Part shown: piece by piece, positions 1 through 10,518 of the stretch
Position numbering within the stretch: position 1 is the first letter of the stretch
Layout: the number at the start of each line of letters is the position of its first letter
Assembly (NCBI GenBank): GCA_050305135.1
Contig: JBNLET010000242.1
Location: 1 to 46,300 of the forward strand
Source: Rhodocyclaceae bacterium
Lineage (GTDB): Bacteria; Pseudomonadota; Gammaproteobacteria; Burkholderiales; Rhodocyclaceae
DNA length: 46,300 nucleotides
Reading direction: 5' to 3'
Translations under genes and position numbers: made by a program
Notes under the pieces: generated by a model
What the model was told of the DNA's origin: nothing
What the model saw: only the letters and a program-made list of their open reading frames with translations
Database searches by the model: none

Positions 1-129
1 GCACGCTGCCGAGCAGGCGGCCGTCGGCCGGATCGGCGACCGGCAGCATCTCGCCGTCGTCGGCGTCGCACCAGCGGCCCTCGATGTGGCACTGCTGGCG
101 GAACAGGGAGGGGTCTTTCAGGTTCGGCA
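1..129 (-). CDS. N-terminal 43 codons of a NAD(P)-dependent aldehyde dehydrogenase (succinate-semialdehyde dehydrogenase GabD-like); the gene runs off the window edge
   Basis: The reverse complement of 1-129 translates to MPNLKDPSLFRQQCHIEGRWCDADDGEMLPVADPADGRLLGSV. This matches the conserved GabD/SSADH N-terminus (LKDxxLFRQQ...G.W.DA). The ATG is at 129, 24 bp downstream of the potC-like stop on the same strand. Confidence 0.55.
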
Positions 130-152
130 TGATTCGGTCCAGGTTATGGAAT

Positions 153-977
153 TCAGGCGGCTTCGCCGCGCAGGCGCGCGTTGCGCCGGCGCAGCCATTC
201 GAGGGATACCAGCATCAGCGTGGACAGCAGCGTCAGCAGCGTGGCGACGGCGGCGATGGTCGGGCTGATGTTCTCGCGGATGCCGGCGAACATCTGGCGC
301 GGCAGCGTGGTCTGCTCGGGGCTCGCCAGGAACAGCGTCACCACCACCTCGTCGAACGAGGTCGCAAACGCAAACAGCCCGCCCGACACGATGCCCGGCG
401 CCACCAGCGGGAAGGTCACGCGGCGGAAGGTGGTGAGCGGATGGGCGCCGAGGCTGGAGGCCGCCCGCACCAGGTTGTGGTCGAAGTTCTGCAGCGTGGC
501 CGACACCGTCGTCACGACGAAGGGCACGCCCAGCACGGTGTGCGCCAGGATCAGGCCGAGGTAGCTGCCGGTCAGGCCGAGCGGCGCGAAGAACAGGTAC
601 ACCGCGACGCCGGTGATCACCACCGGCACCACCATCGGCGAGATCAGCACCGCGGTCAGCAGCGCCTTGCCGGGGAAGCTGACCCGGGTCAGGCCGATCG
701 CCGCCAGCGTGCCGAGCGCCATCGCCAGCACCGTCGAGGCCGGCGACACGATCATGCTGTTCATCAGCGCGCGCCGCCACGTGTCGGAGCTCAGGAAGTC
801 CTCGTACCAGCGCAGCGAGAAGCCGTCCAGCGGGTAGCTCAGGAAGGCGCTGCCGTTGAACGACAGCGGGATGATCACCAGCACCGGCAGGATCAGGAAC
901 AGCAGGATCAGGCCGCACAGCACCCGGTGTCCGTAGAACCAGATGCGCTCGGCGGGGGAGGCGTAGTCGGGAATCAT
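153..977 (-). CDS. ABC transporter permease, PotC/PotI-like (spermidine/putrescine family)
   Basis: I trimmed the 383-aa frame to the ATG at 977 (MIPDYASPAERIW...), which has an upstream GAGGA RBS. The product is 275 aa with six TM segments and a PotC-like EAA-loop region, and its start sits 11 bp after the upstream permease stop. Confidence 0.85.
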   Translation of the reverse strand: MIPDYASPAERIWFYGHRVLCGLILLFLILPVLVIIPLSFNGSAFLSYPLDGFSLRWYEDFLSSDTWRRALMNSMIVSPASTVLAMALGTLAAIGLTRVSFPGKALLTAVLISPMVVPVVITGVAVYLFFAPLGLTGSYLGLILAHTVLGVPFVVTTVSATLQNFDHNLVRAASSLGAHPLTTFRRVTFPLVAPGIVSGGLFAFATSFDEVVVTLFLASPEQTTLPRQMFAGIRENISPTIAAVATLLTLLSTLMLVSLEWLRRRNARLRGEAA

Positions 978-987
978 GGTAGTCCTC

Positions 988-2256
988 TCAGCGCTGGTTG
1001 GCGCCCGCGGGCGCGCCGAGATAGCGGCTATAGACGGCGTACAGCACCAGCGTCGCGGCCAGCAGCACCGCCGACAGCGCGGCCGCCATGCCCCAGTTGA
1101 TGGTCTGGTTGGTGTAGAAGGCGACGAAGTAGCTGGCCATCTGCTCCTTCGGCCCGCCGAGCAGGGCCGGCGTGATGTAGTAGCCCATGCAGATGATGAA
1201 GACCAGCAGCGAGCCGGCGCCGACGCCGGGCAGCGACTGCGGGAAATAGACCTTCCAGAAGCTCGCGAAGGGCGGGCAGCCGAGCGACACCGCGGCCCGC
1301 ACATAGACCGGCGAGATGCCCTTCATGACGCTGTACAGCGGCAGCACCATGAACGGCAGCATGATGTGCACCATCGCGACATAGACGCCGAAGCGGTTGA
1401 ACACCAGTTGCAGCGGCGCGTCGGTGACGCCCAGGCCCTGCAGCAGGCCGTTGACCAGGCCCTCGTTCTGCAGCAGCACGATCCAGGCCGCCACCCGCAC
1501 CAGCACCGAGGTCCAGAACGGCAGCAGCACCAGGATCATCAGCAGGTTCGAGATGCGCGCCGGCTGGGTCGCCAGCAGGTAGGCCAGCGGAAAGCCCATC
1601 AGCAGGCAGCACGCCGTGACGATGAAGCTCATCCAGAACGTGCGGCCGAGGATCTGCAGGTAGATCGCCTGGTCCGGATCCGAGGCGACGACGCTGCCGT
1701 CGTCGGCGACGCGATGGTCCACCGCGGCGAGCAGGTAGTAGGCGGTGTAGGGCGTCGAGTTGCGCGCCAGCAGCGACCAGGTGGCCGGCTCGCCCCATTT
1801 CTTGTCGAGCGCCACCAGCCCGCTGCGGGCGTCCGTGCCCTCGGCCAGCGGCATCTTGCGCGCCGTCTTGAACACCAGGCTGCGTATGCCCGGCGACTCC
1901 ATGTTGAGGCGCTTCGCGGCACGCGCCAAAACGGTCCTGCTGTCCTGCTTGGAGAGGTCTTCGGCCAGCGCCTGGAAGGCGGCGTCGGCCGGCAGGCCGC
2001 TGCCGTCCCACTGCTGCAGCGCTGCCATCGTGCGCGGCAGGGCCTCGACCACCTCGGGGCTGTGCACGCTGCGCATCATCAGCGAGGCGATCGGCCAGAT
2101 GAAGGTCAGGAAGACGAACACCGCCAGCGGCACGATCAGCGCCCCGAGCTTGAGCTTCTTCATCCGCTCGGCGCGGCGCAGGCGTTGTTTCAGGCCGGTG
2201 GTGGCTTGCGGATCGACGGCCGTCGGATCCAGCCCGGCTGTGGCAGTGGCACTCAT
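988..2256 (-). CDS. ABC transporter permease, PotB/PotH-like, with an unusually long (~150 aa) periplasmic insert after TM1
   Basis: 422-aa ORF with ATG at 2256 and an AGGAG RBS. The N-terminal TM helix is followed by a large soluble loop, then 5 TM helices carrying a typical BPD_transp_1 core (…LLPFWTSVLVRVAAW…). Confidence 0.85.
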   Translation of the reverse strand: MSATATAGLDPTAVDPQATTGLKQRLRRAERMKKLKLGALIVPLAVFVFLTFIWPIASLMMRSVHSPEVVEALPRTMAALQQWDGSGLPADAAFQALAEDLSKQDSRTVLARAAKRLNMESPGIRSLVFKTARKMPLAEGTDARSGLVALDKKWGEPATWSLLARNSTPYTAYYLLAAVDHRVADDGSVVASDPDQAIYLQILGRTFWMSFIVTACCLLMGFPLAYLLATQPARISNLLMILVLLPFWTSVLVRVAAWIVLLQNEGLVNGLLQGLGVTDAPLQLVFNRFGVYVAMVHIMLPFMVLPLYSVMKGISPVYVRAAVSLGCPPFASFWKVYFPQSLPGVGAGSLLVFIICMGYYITPALLGGPKEQMASYFVAFYTNQTINWGMAAALSAVLLAATLVLYAVYSRYLGAPAGANQR

Positions 2257-2355
2257 GGGGACTCCTGGCCGGACGGACCGCGACGGTCCGCCCGCTGGTT
2301 GTCGGTTACCTTCCCGGCGCGGCCCGGCGCTGCCGGTGCCGCGCGCGGGAGCGGC

Positions 2356-3408
2356 TTACTTGGCGGCCCAGGCGTTGAAGCGCTGCTCCAGGTCTTCGCC
2401 GTGCTCGACCCAGAACACGGTGTTGCTGGCCACCGCGTCCTTCAGGTTGGCCGGCGCGGTCGGCAGGTTGGCCGCCTGCTTGGCGTCCACCAGGCCGATC
2501 GCCTTGTTGTGGGTCGGGCCGTACGGGATCGCGCTCGAATAGACCTTCTGGTTCTCGGGCCGGCTGGCGAAGGCGATGAACTTGTAGGCCTCGTCGCGCT
2601 TCGGCGAGCCGCTCGGGATGGCCCAGTAATCCACGTCGTAGACGCTGCCGCTCCAGACGATCTTGAGGTTCTTGCCTTCCTTCTGCGCGGTCGCGATGCG
2701 GCCGTTGTAGGCCGAGCTCATCACCACGTCGCCGGAGGCCAGGAACTGCGGCGGCTGGGCGCCGGCCTCCCACCACTGGATGTGGGGCTTGATCTGGTCG
2801 AGCTTCTTGAACGCGCGGTCGACGCCCTCCTTGGTGGCCAGCACCTTGTAGACGTCGGCCGGCGCGACGCCGTCGGCGATCAGCGCGAACTCGAGCGTGA
2901 ACTTGGCGCCCTTGCGCATGCCGCGCTTGCCGGGGAATTTCTTCACGTCCCAGAAGTCGGCCCACGAAGTCGGCGCGGTCTTCAGCTTGTCGGCGTCGTA
3001 GGCCAGCACCGTGGACCAGACGAAGATGCCGATGCCGCATTCGCTCACCGCCGAGGGCAGGAAGTCGGCCTTCGGCGCGATGCGCGAGTAGTCGAGCGGC
3101 TCGTAGATGCCTTCCTCGCAGCCGCGCACCAGCTCGGGCGACTCCAGTTCGACCACGTCCCAGGAGACGTTGCCGGTGTCCACCATGGCTTTGATCTTGG
3201 CCTGCTCGCCGTTGTATTCGCCGGGCACCACCTTGCTGCCGTTGGCGGCCGCGTACGGTTCGTAGAAGGCTTTTGCCTGCGCCTTCTGGTTGGCGCCGCC
3301 AAAGGAGATGACGGTGACGTCGGCCAGCGCCGGCGCGCTGCTCCCGAGGGCGGTGATTGCGAGCGCTGCGGCGAGGCAGGACGAACGAACGGCGAAGCGG
3401 TTATTCAT
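2356..3408 (-). CDS. periplasmic substrate-binding protein of ABC transporter, PotD/PotF (polyamine-binding) family
   Basis: 350 aa starting MNNRFAVRSSCLAAALAITALGSSAPALA, a signal peptide. The ATG is at 3408 with a GGAGGG RBS. PotF-like motifs are present (SWDVVE, YDVDYWAIP). Confidence 0.85.
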   Translation of the reverse strand: MNNRFAVRSSCLAAALAITALGSSAPALADVTVISFGGANQKAQAKAFYEPYAAANGSKVVPGEYNGEQAKIKAMVDTGNVSWDVVELESPELVRGCEEGIYEPLDYSRIAPKADFLPSAVSECGIGIFVWSTVLAYDADKLKTAPTSWADFWDVKKFPGKRGMRKGAKFTLEFALIADGVAPADVYKVLATKEGVDRAFKKLDQIKPHIQWWEAGAQPPQFLASGDVVMSSAYNGRIATAQKEGKNLKIVWSGSVYDVDYWAIPSGSPKRDEAYKFIAFASRPENQKVYSSAIPYGPTHNKAIGLVDAKQAANLPTAPANLKDAVASNTVFWVEHGEDLEQRFNAWAAK

Positions 3409-3446
3409 GAAACCCTCCTGTAGGGTGTGGGTGGATCGAGCGAGTC

Positions 3447-4568
3447 CTAGCTCGGCTGCTGGATGGGGTCGAGCGCGCGCGCGTGTGCGGGATGCATGCC
3501 GACGTGGACCGTTTCCCCCTGCCTGAGCGAATGGTCGAGCTGGGAGATCGGGGTCTTGATCGTGAAGTCGTGCTTGCCGGCCAGATCGACCCGCACGCGC
3601 ACGTGGTCGCCGAGGTAGATGATTTCCTTGACGGTGGCGTCGAAGCGGTTGGCGCAGGCCTCCGAGCTGCCGTTCAGCAGCGCCCGCTCGGGCCGCACCG
3701 AGACCGTCGTGCGGGCGCCGGCACGGACGCCGCGCGAGCGTGCCTGCAGCGCCGCGCCGCAGTCCAGGCGGACTCGGCATTGTTCGCCGTCGACTTCCTC
3801 GACGGTGCCGTCGAGCACGTTGTTCTCGCCGATGAAGTTGGCCACGAAGGAGTTCTCGGGCTCCTCGTAGAGCTGCTCGGCCGAGTCGATCTGCTGGATC
3901 ACGCCGTGGTTGAACACCGCGATGCGGTCCGACATGGTCAGCGCCTCGCTCTGGTCGTGGGTGACGAAGACCACCGTGATGCCGAGCTGGGTGTGCAGGT
4001 GGCGGATCTCGAGCTGCATCTGTTCGCGCAGGTTCTTGTCGAGCGCGCCGAGCGGTTCGTCCATCAGCACCAGTTGCGGATCGAATACCAGCGCGCGGGC
4101 CAGCGCGATGCGCTGCTGCTGGCCGCCGGAGAGCTGCTGCGGGTAGCGGGCGGCGAAGCTCTCGAGCTGCACCATCGCCAGCGCCCGGTTCACCTTGGCG
4201 TCGATCTCGGCGGCCGGGACCTTGCGTACCTGCAGCGGGAAGCACAGGTTCTCGCGCACCGTCATGTGCGGGAACAGCGCGTAGTTCTGGAACACCATGC
4301 CGATGTCGCGCTTGTGCGGCGGCACCTTGTTGATCACCTGCTCGCCGAGCAGGATCTCGCCCGACGTCGGCGTCTCGAAGCCGGCCAGCATCATCAGGCA
4401 GGTGGTCTTGCCGGAACCCGACGGGCCGAGCAGCGTGAGGAACTCGCCGCGCTGGATGTCCAGGTTCAGGTCGCGCACGATCAGGGTCTCGCCGTCGTAG
4501 GTCTTCTGCACCTTGCGGAAGCTCACGTGCGCTTGCGCGGCGTCGGGCCGGGGGGAACTTCCTGTCAT
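3447..4568 (-). CDS. ABC transporter ATP-binding protein, PotA/PotG-like
   Basis: 373 aa with Walker A GPSGSGKTT, the LSGGQQQRIALARAL signature and Walker B VLMDEPLGALD, plus a C-terminal TOBE-like domain. The ATG at 4568 has an AGGAGA RBS. Confidence 0.9.
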   Translation of the reverse strand: MTGSSPRPDAAQAHVSFRKVQKTYDGETLIVRDLNLDIQRGEFLTLLGPSGSGKTTCLMMLAGFETPTSGEILLGEQVINKVPPHKRDIGMVFQNYALFPHMTVRENLCFPLQVRKVPAAEIDAKVNRALAMVQLESFAARYPQQLSGGQQQRIALARALVFDPQLVLMDEPLGALDKNLREQMQLEIRHLHTQLGITVVFVTHDQSEALTMSDRIAVFNHGVIQQIDSAEQLYEEPENSFVANFIGENNVLDGTVEEVDGEQCRVRLDCGAALQARSRGVRAGARTTVSVRPERALLNGSSEACANRFDATVKEIIYLGDHVRVRVDLAGKHDFTIKTPISQLDHSLRQGETVHVGMHPAHARALDPIQQPS

Positions 4569-4647
4569 CCTTGTCTCCTGTCGCTTCGGTATGCCGCCCG
4601 TGCGGCGGGCGAGTACTGGCGTCTGCTTGACGTCAGATTAGGATAGA

Positions 4648-4691
4648 AATGGGTCCGCAAATGAACCAATATTGCAGTAATTGATGGGTCC
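4648..4691. promoter_or_regulatory. two direct ATGGGTCC repeats 36 bp start-to-start, in the divergent promoter region between the ABC operon and the MocR-type regulator; candidate MocR/GabR operator
   Basis: ATGGGTCC occurs at 4648-4655 and 4684-4691. MocR/GabR regulators bind direct repeats spaced about 3.5 helical turns apart. A TGACGTCA palindrome at 4627-4634 and a GC hairpin (ccgcccgtgcggcgggcg, about 4593-4610) are also present. Confidence 0.3.
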
Positions 4692-4775
4692 AATTCATGC
4701 TGCGTTGCGATTCTGAACCGCGCCGAGCGGGCGGCAGGCCGCGCAGTACAACCGATCAGCGGATGGTGCTTTGCA

Positions 4776-6263
4776 ATGGACAGTCATCTCGCCGGCGAAC
4801 TGATCGCCCAGCGGTATGCCGAACAGCCCGATGCCCACGGCGTGCGCGACCGGATCTACCTCGCGATCCGCCAGCTGATCCTGCAGGGCGAACTGCCGCC
4901 CGGCACCGTCGTGCCGCCGAGCCGCACGCTGGCCGGCCTGATCGAGGCCGGCCGCAACACCGTCGTGCGGGCCTACGACCAGTTGCTGATCGAAGGCTAC
5001 CTGGAGGGGCGGGTGGGCGCCGGCACCTTCGTCTCCGAAGCGGTCCGCAGCGGCGAACGCGTGCCGCCGCCGAAACGCATGATCGGCACCCGCCGCGACG
5101 GCCTGTCGCGGCGCGGCAACCGGATTGTCGCCAACTCGTCCTCCAGCCGCATCCAGAGCGGCGCCTTCATGCCCGGCATCCCGGACGTCGCGAGCTTCCC
5201 GTTCGCCACCTGGCGCCGCCTGGTGGCGAAGCAGATCCGGGTCGAGCAGCGCCACCTGGCGCAGTACTCGGCCGGCGGCTACGGCCCGCTCAAGGTGGTG
5301 CTGGCCGAATACCTGCGCGTCACCCGGATGATGAACATCTCGCCGCGCCAGGTGCTGATCCTGAACGGTTCCCACCAGGCCATCGACCTGTGCGCGCGCC
5401 TGCTGTGCGACCCGGCCGACCGGGTGTGGGTCGAGGATCCCGGTTACTGGGGGGCGCGCAACGCGCTGTCGGCCTGCGACCTCAGCGTCTGCCCGATCGC
5501 CGTGGACGAGCACGGCATCGCGCCGAGCCTACAGGACTGGGCGCAGCCGCCACGCATGATCTTCGTCTCGCCGTCGTCGCAGTATCCGACCGGCGTCGTG
5601 CTGTCGCTGGAGCGGCGGCTGCAGATGCTGGACGCCGCCGAGGCCAACCGCACCTGGATCATCGAGGACGACTACGACAACGAGATCCGCTACCACAACC
5701 ACCCGGTGGCCTCGTTGTTCGGCTTGTCGAAGGCGCAGCGCGTGATCTACCTGGCGACCTTCAGCAAGGTCATGTTCCCGGGCCTGCGGTTGGCCTACCT
5801 GGTGGTGCCGGAGGACCTGGTGGACGCCTTCGCGGTCGGCAACGCCGAGCTCTACCGCGAGGGCCGGCTGATGGAGCAGGCGGCGCTGGCGGAGTTCATC
5901 GAGGAGGGGCACTTCTCGGCCCATCTGCGGCGCATGCGCTCGATCTACATGGAACGCCGCGACGCGCTGCTGGACTCGATCGGGCGCCGGTTGGGTGGCC
6001 TGGTGAGCGTCAGCGGCGGTCTGTCGGGCCTGCACCTGCCGTGCTTCTTCGAAGAGCCGGTGGACGACGTGGACCTGGTCGCCCGCGCGCTGGCCGAAGG
6101 CATCGTCGTGCGGCCGCTGTCGATGTACTACCTCGGCGACGAGCGCCGCCGGCCGGGCATGAACCTCGGCTTCGCGCCGGTGCCGGCCGAGCGGGTCGAC
6201 GGCGAGGTGGTCCGCCTGGCGCGGGCGATCGAAGGCTCGCGGCGCCTCGTTCGTGCCGGATAG
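4776..6263 (+). CDS. MocR/GabR-family transcriptional regulator (GntR-type wHTH fused to a PLP-dependent aminotransferase-like domain)
   Basis: 495 aa. The N-terminus RIYLAIRQLILQGELPPGTVVPPSRTLAGLIEAGRNTVVRAYDQL is GntR-type HTH. The C-terminal aminotransferase class I/II fold contains FSKVMFPGLRLAY, where the K is the candidate PLP lysine. Confidence 0.85.
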   Translation: MDSHLAGELIAQRYAEQPDAHGVRDRIYLAIRQLILQGELPPGTVVPPSRTLAGLIEAGRNTVVRAYDQLLIEGYLEGRVGAGTFVSEAVRSGERVPPPKRMIGTRRDGLSRRGNRIVANSSSSRIQSGAFMPGIPDVASFPFATWRRLVAKQIRVEQRHLAQYSAGGYGPLKVVLAEYLRVTRMMNISPRQVLILNGSHQAIDLCARLLCDPADRVWVEDPGYWGARNALSACDLSVCPIAVDEHGIAPSLQDWAQPPRMIFVSPSSQYPTGVVLSLERRLQMLDAAEANRTWIIEDDYDNEIRYHNHPVASLFGLSKAQRVIYLATFSKVMFPGLRLAYLVVPEDLVDAFAVGNAELYREGRLMEQAALAEFIEEGHFSAHLRRMRSIYMERRDALLDSIGRRLGGLVSVSGGLSGLHLPCFFEEPVDDVDLVARALAEGIVVRPLSMYYLGDERRRPGMNLGFAPVPAERVDGEVVRLARAIEGSRRLVRAG

Positions 6264-6317
6264 CGTAGTGACTCGCGTGCTGAGAAAGGGAATGCGTTTG
6301 GGATGATTCGGGCGTCG

Positions 6318-6475
6318 CTGGTCGGCTGAAGCCGGCCCTACGGGCCCGACCGAAGCGCGTTTCTCGGTAGGGCGGGCTTCAGCCCGCCTCGGACCATCGA
6401 TACATGCCAAACGTCTCGGTTCAGCGCCGCTGGCCGGCTGAAGCCGGCCCTACGAACCCGACCGAAGCGTGTTCC
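6318..6475. repeat. REP/BIME-like cluster: two direct ~47-bp copies plus one inverted core copy of GGCTGAAGCCGGCCCTACG
   Basis: 6318-6364 and 6429-6475 are near-identical (gctggNcggctgaagccggccctacgRRcccgaccgaagcgYgtt). 6367-6383, tagggcgggcttcagcc, is the inverted core. The cluster sits between two convergent genes. Confidence 0.5.
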
Positions 6476-6498
6476 CCGGCCGGCGCCCGTCGACCTCA

Positions 6499-7320
6499 GA
6501 AACGCGCGCGGAAATGCCACTCGCCGGGCGCCACGTCGTTGGCGATCGCACGGCGTGTGTCGGCATCGATGCGGGCGTCGTCGGCCTCGTACAGGCCGCA
6601 CAGGCGCAATGCGCGGCGCACGTGGATGTCGCGGCCGAGATGCTCGAACACCACCCGCGCGCAGCACGGCATCCGCTCGCCGCTGCCGGACACGCCGAGC
6701 CGCAGGCCGGTCAGCCGGGTGACGCGGTTCTTGAAGGACGGGAACAGGATGGTCTGGGTCAGCTCCAGCCCGGTCAGCGTCTCGTAGTCGTTGAGGAAGA
6801 TGCGGTCGGTCAGCAGGTGCGCCTTGCCGCGGTAGACGCCGTGGAAGGCCTTGCTGCCGGGCCGCTCCACCAGGCGCTCGGTGCGCTGGTAGTAGACGCC
6901 GCCGTCGCGCTGTTCGAGCGTCACCAGCGTGCGCAGAATCTTGCCGGGGCAGGCCATCGACAGATAGGTCTCGAAATAGCTGCCGAGGAAACGTTCCAGG
7001 CCCGGCGTGCCGATCGATTCGAGCTGCGCCAGGTGGGCCGATTCCGGCTTCGGGCCGGCATCGGTCGCGGTCGGGCGCGGCCGCACCTGGACCAGCCGTT
7101 CGAACTGGCTGCTCGGCAGCAGGATCTCGTGCTCGTCGACGCCGAAGAACTCGCACAGCCGGCGCAGCGTATGGCCGCCCGGCCGGTAGCGGCCGCTCAG
7201 GTAGCGGTTGAACTGGGGGCGGTTGATGCCGAGGCGGCGGCAGACCTCGGCGATGGACTTGTAGTAGCTGCACAGCAGCCGCAGGTTGCGCGCGAAGTCT
7301 TCGTTGATGTCCGAACTCAT
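6499..7320 (-). CDS. XRE-family HTH transcriptional regulator with ~200-aa C-terminal effector domain
   Basis: 274 aa from the ATG at 7320 (MSSDINEDFARNLRLLCSYYKSIAEVCRRLGINRPQFNRYLSG...). This is the only coherent part of the 1002-aa six-frame ORF. It is divergent from the agcS-aspA-ansA operon. Confidence 0.75.
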
Positions 7321-7581
7321 GGCGGTGGGCGGCCTCCGGTCACTGCATCTGGCGCAGTATGGCGCAGTTTGCGCGCCAGATGGCGACGCTGAGCTCCAGA
7401 TCGTCAAATTCTCCTGTCCTGCGTCTGTTGCTGAAATGGAGCCGCCCTTTGGCAACAGACGATGACAGCGGCCCCGACCGCAACAACAGGAGACTCCCGA
7501 TGCCAAACTCATTCCGCCCGTGCCGCGCGCGCCTCGTCGCGGCCGCCCCGCGCCTCTCGACGCCGACCGGAGGAAGCCACG

Positions 7582-9039
<1,458 letters not shown>

Positions 9040-9060
9040 ACGCATCCCCCTCCATGGAAC

Positions 9061-9082
9061 CCCCGGGGCAGGCGCCCCGGGG
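9061..9082 (+). other. GC-rich intercistronic stem-loop (9-bp stem ccccggggc / gccccgggg, 4-nt loop) between agcS and aspA
   Basis: Read directly from the sequence. There is no downstream U-tract, so this is more likely an mRNA-stability or processing hairpin than an intrinsic terminator. Confidence 0.3.
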
Positions 9083-9114
9083 ACAGACGAAAACTGCGAG
9101 AGAAACCTGCAATC

Positions 9115-10518
9115 ATGAACATCCGCCTCGAACACGACCTGCTCGGCGACATGGAACTGCCCGCCGACTGCTGGTACGGCATCCAGACCCAGCGCGCGGT
9201 CGACAATTTCCACATCACCGGCGTGCCGATCAGCCACTTCCCGGACCTCGTCAAGGCATTGGCGATGGTCAAGGCGGCCGCCGCCAGCGCCAACCGAGAA
9301 CTGGGGCTGCTGCCGGAGCACAAGGCCGAAGCGATCCTCGCCGCCTGCCACGACATCGCCGACGGCCGGCTGCACGAGGCCTTCGTCGTGGACCTGATCC
9401 AGGGCGGCGCCGGCACCTCGACCAACATGAATGCCAACGAGGTGATCGCCAACCTGGCGCTGGAAAAGCTGGGCCAGCCGAAGGGCGCCTACGACAAGTT
9501 GCACCCCAACGACGACGTGAACAAGTCCCAGTCCACCAACGACGCCTATCCGACCGCGGTGTGCCTCGGCCTGCAGTTCGCGGCCGAGCCGCTGCTAGCC
9601 TCGATCGCCAGCCTGAAGGGCGCGCTGCAGGAAAAGGGGCGGGAATTCGCCGACGTGCTGAAGATGGGCCGCACCCAGTTGCAGGACGCGGTGCCGATGA
9701 CGCTGGGACAGGAATTCGAGGCCTTCGCGGTCAACCTCGGCGAGGACATCGAGCGCATTCGCGAAGCCTGCCTGCTGCTGTGCGAGGTCAATCTCGGCGG
9801 CACCGCGATCGGCACCGGCATCAACACCCACCCGGACTACGCCCGGCTGGCCGTGCGCCAGCTGGCCGAGATCTCGGGGCGGCCGATGGTGCCGGCCGCG
9901 AACCTGGTCGAGGCGAGCTCGGACATGGGCGCCTTCGTGCTGTTCTCCGGCATCCTGAAGCGGCTCGCGGTCAAGCTCTCGAAAGTCGCCAACGACCTCC
10001 GGCTGCTGTCCAGCGGGCCGCGCACCGGCTTCGGCGAGATCCACCTGCCGCCGATGCAGCCGGGCTCCTCGATCATGCCCGGCAAGGTCAATCCGGTCAT
10101 CCCGGAGGCCGTCAACCAGGTCGCCTACCAGGTCATCGGCAACGACCTGGCCGTGACGATGGCGGCCGAGGCCGGCCAGTTGCAGCTCAACGCGATGGAG
10201 CCGCTGATCGTCTACAACCTGCTCAATTCGATCAAGATGCTCGACGGTGCCTGCCGCATGTTCGAGCAGCGCTGCATCCGCGGCATTCGCGCCGACCGCG
10301 AGCAGTGCCGGCAGCACCTCGACTACAGCATCGGCGTGGTCACCGCGCTGGTGCCGCACATCGGCTACGCCAATGCCTCGCGCATCGCCTCGGAGGCGCT
10401 GTCGAGCGGGGCGACGGTGCGCGAGCTGGTGGTGCGCGAGGGGCTGCTGAGCGAGCTGCGGCTCGAAGCGCTGCTGAGCCCGCAATCGATGCTGGTGCCG
10501 GCGGCCGTGGCGCCATGA
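9115..10518 (+). CDS. aspA: aspartate ammonia-lyase
   Basis: 467 aa with fumarase/aspartase family signatures: GSSIMPGKVNPV (SS loop) and TNMNANEVIAN. The full-length fit is strong. Confidence 0.95.
   Translation: MNIRLEHDLLGDMELPADCWYGIQTQRAVDNFHITGVPISHFPDLVKALAMVKAAAASANRELGLLPEHKAEAILAACHDIADGRLHEAFVVDLIQGGAGTSTNMNANEVIANLALEKLGQPKGAYDKLHPNDDVNKSQSTNDAYPTAVCLGLQFAAEPLLASIASLKGALQEKGREFADVLKMGRTQLQDAVPMTLGQEFEAFAVNLGEDIERIREACLLLCEVNLGGTAIGTGINTHPDYARLAVRQLAEISGRPMVPAANLVEASSDMGAFVLFSGILKRLAVKLSKVANDLRLLSSGPRTGFGEIHLPPMQPGSSIMPGKVNPVIPEAVNQVAYQVIGNDLAVTMAAEAGQLQLNAMEPLIVYNLLNSIKMLDGACRMFEQRCIRGIRADREQCRQHLDYSIGVVTALVPHIGYANASRIASEALSSGATVRELVVREGLLSELRLEALLSPQSMLVPAAVAP

Noticed and set aside
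84-3423. Plus-strand ORFs 84-1100 and 976-3423 (338 aa and 815 aa)
   Set aside because: They are antisense to the PotB/PotC/PotD-like genes, which have clear permease and SBP signatures. Their translations are low-complexity and His/Arg/Gln-rich.
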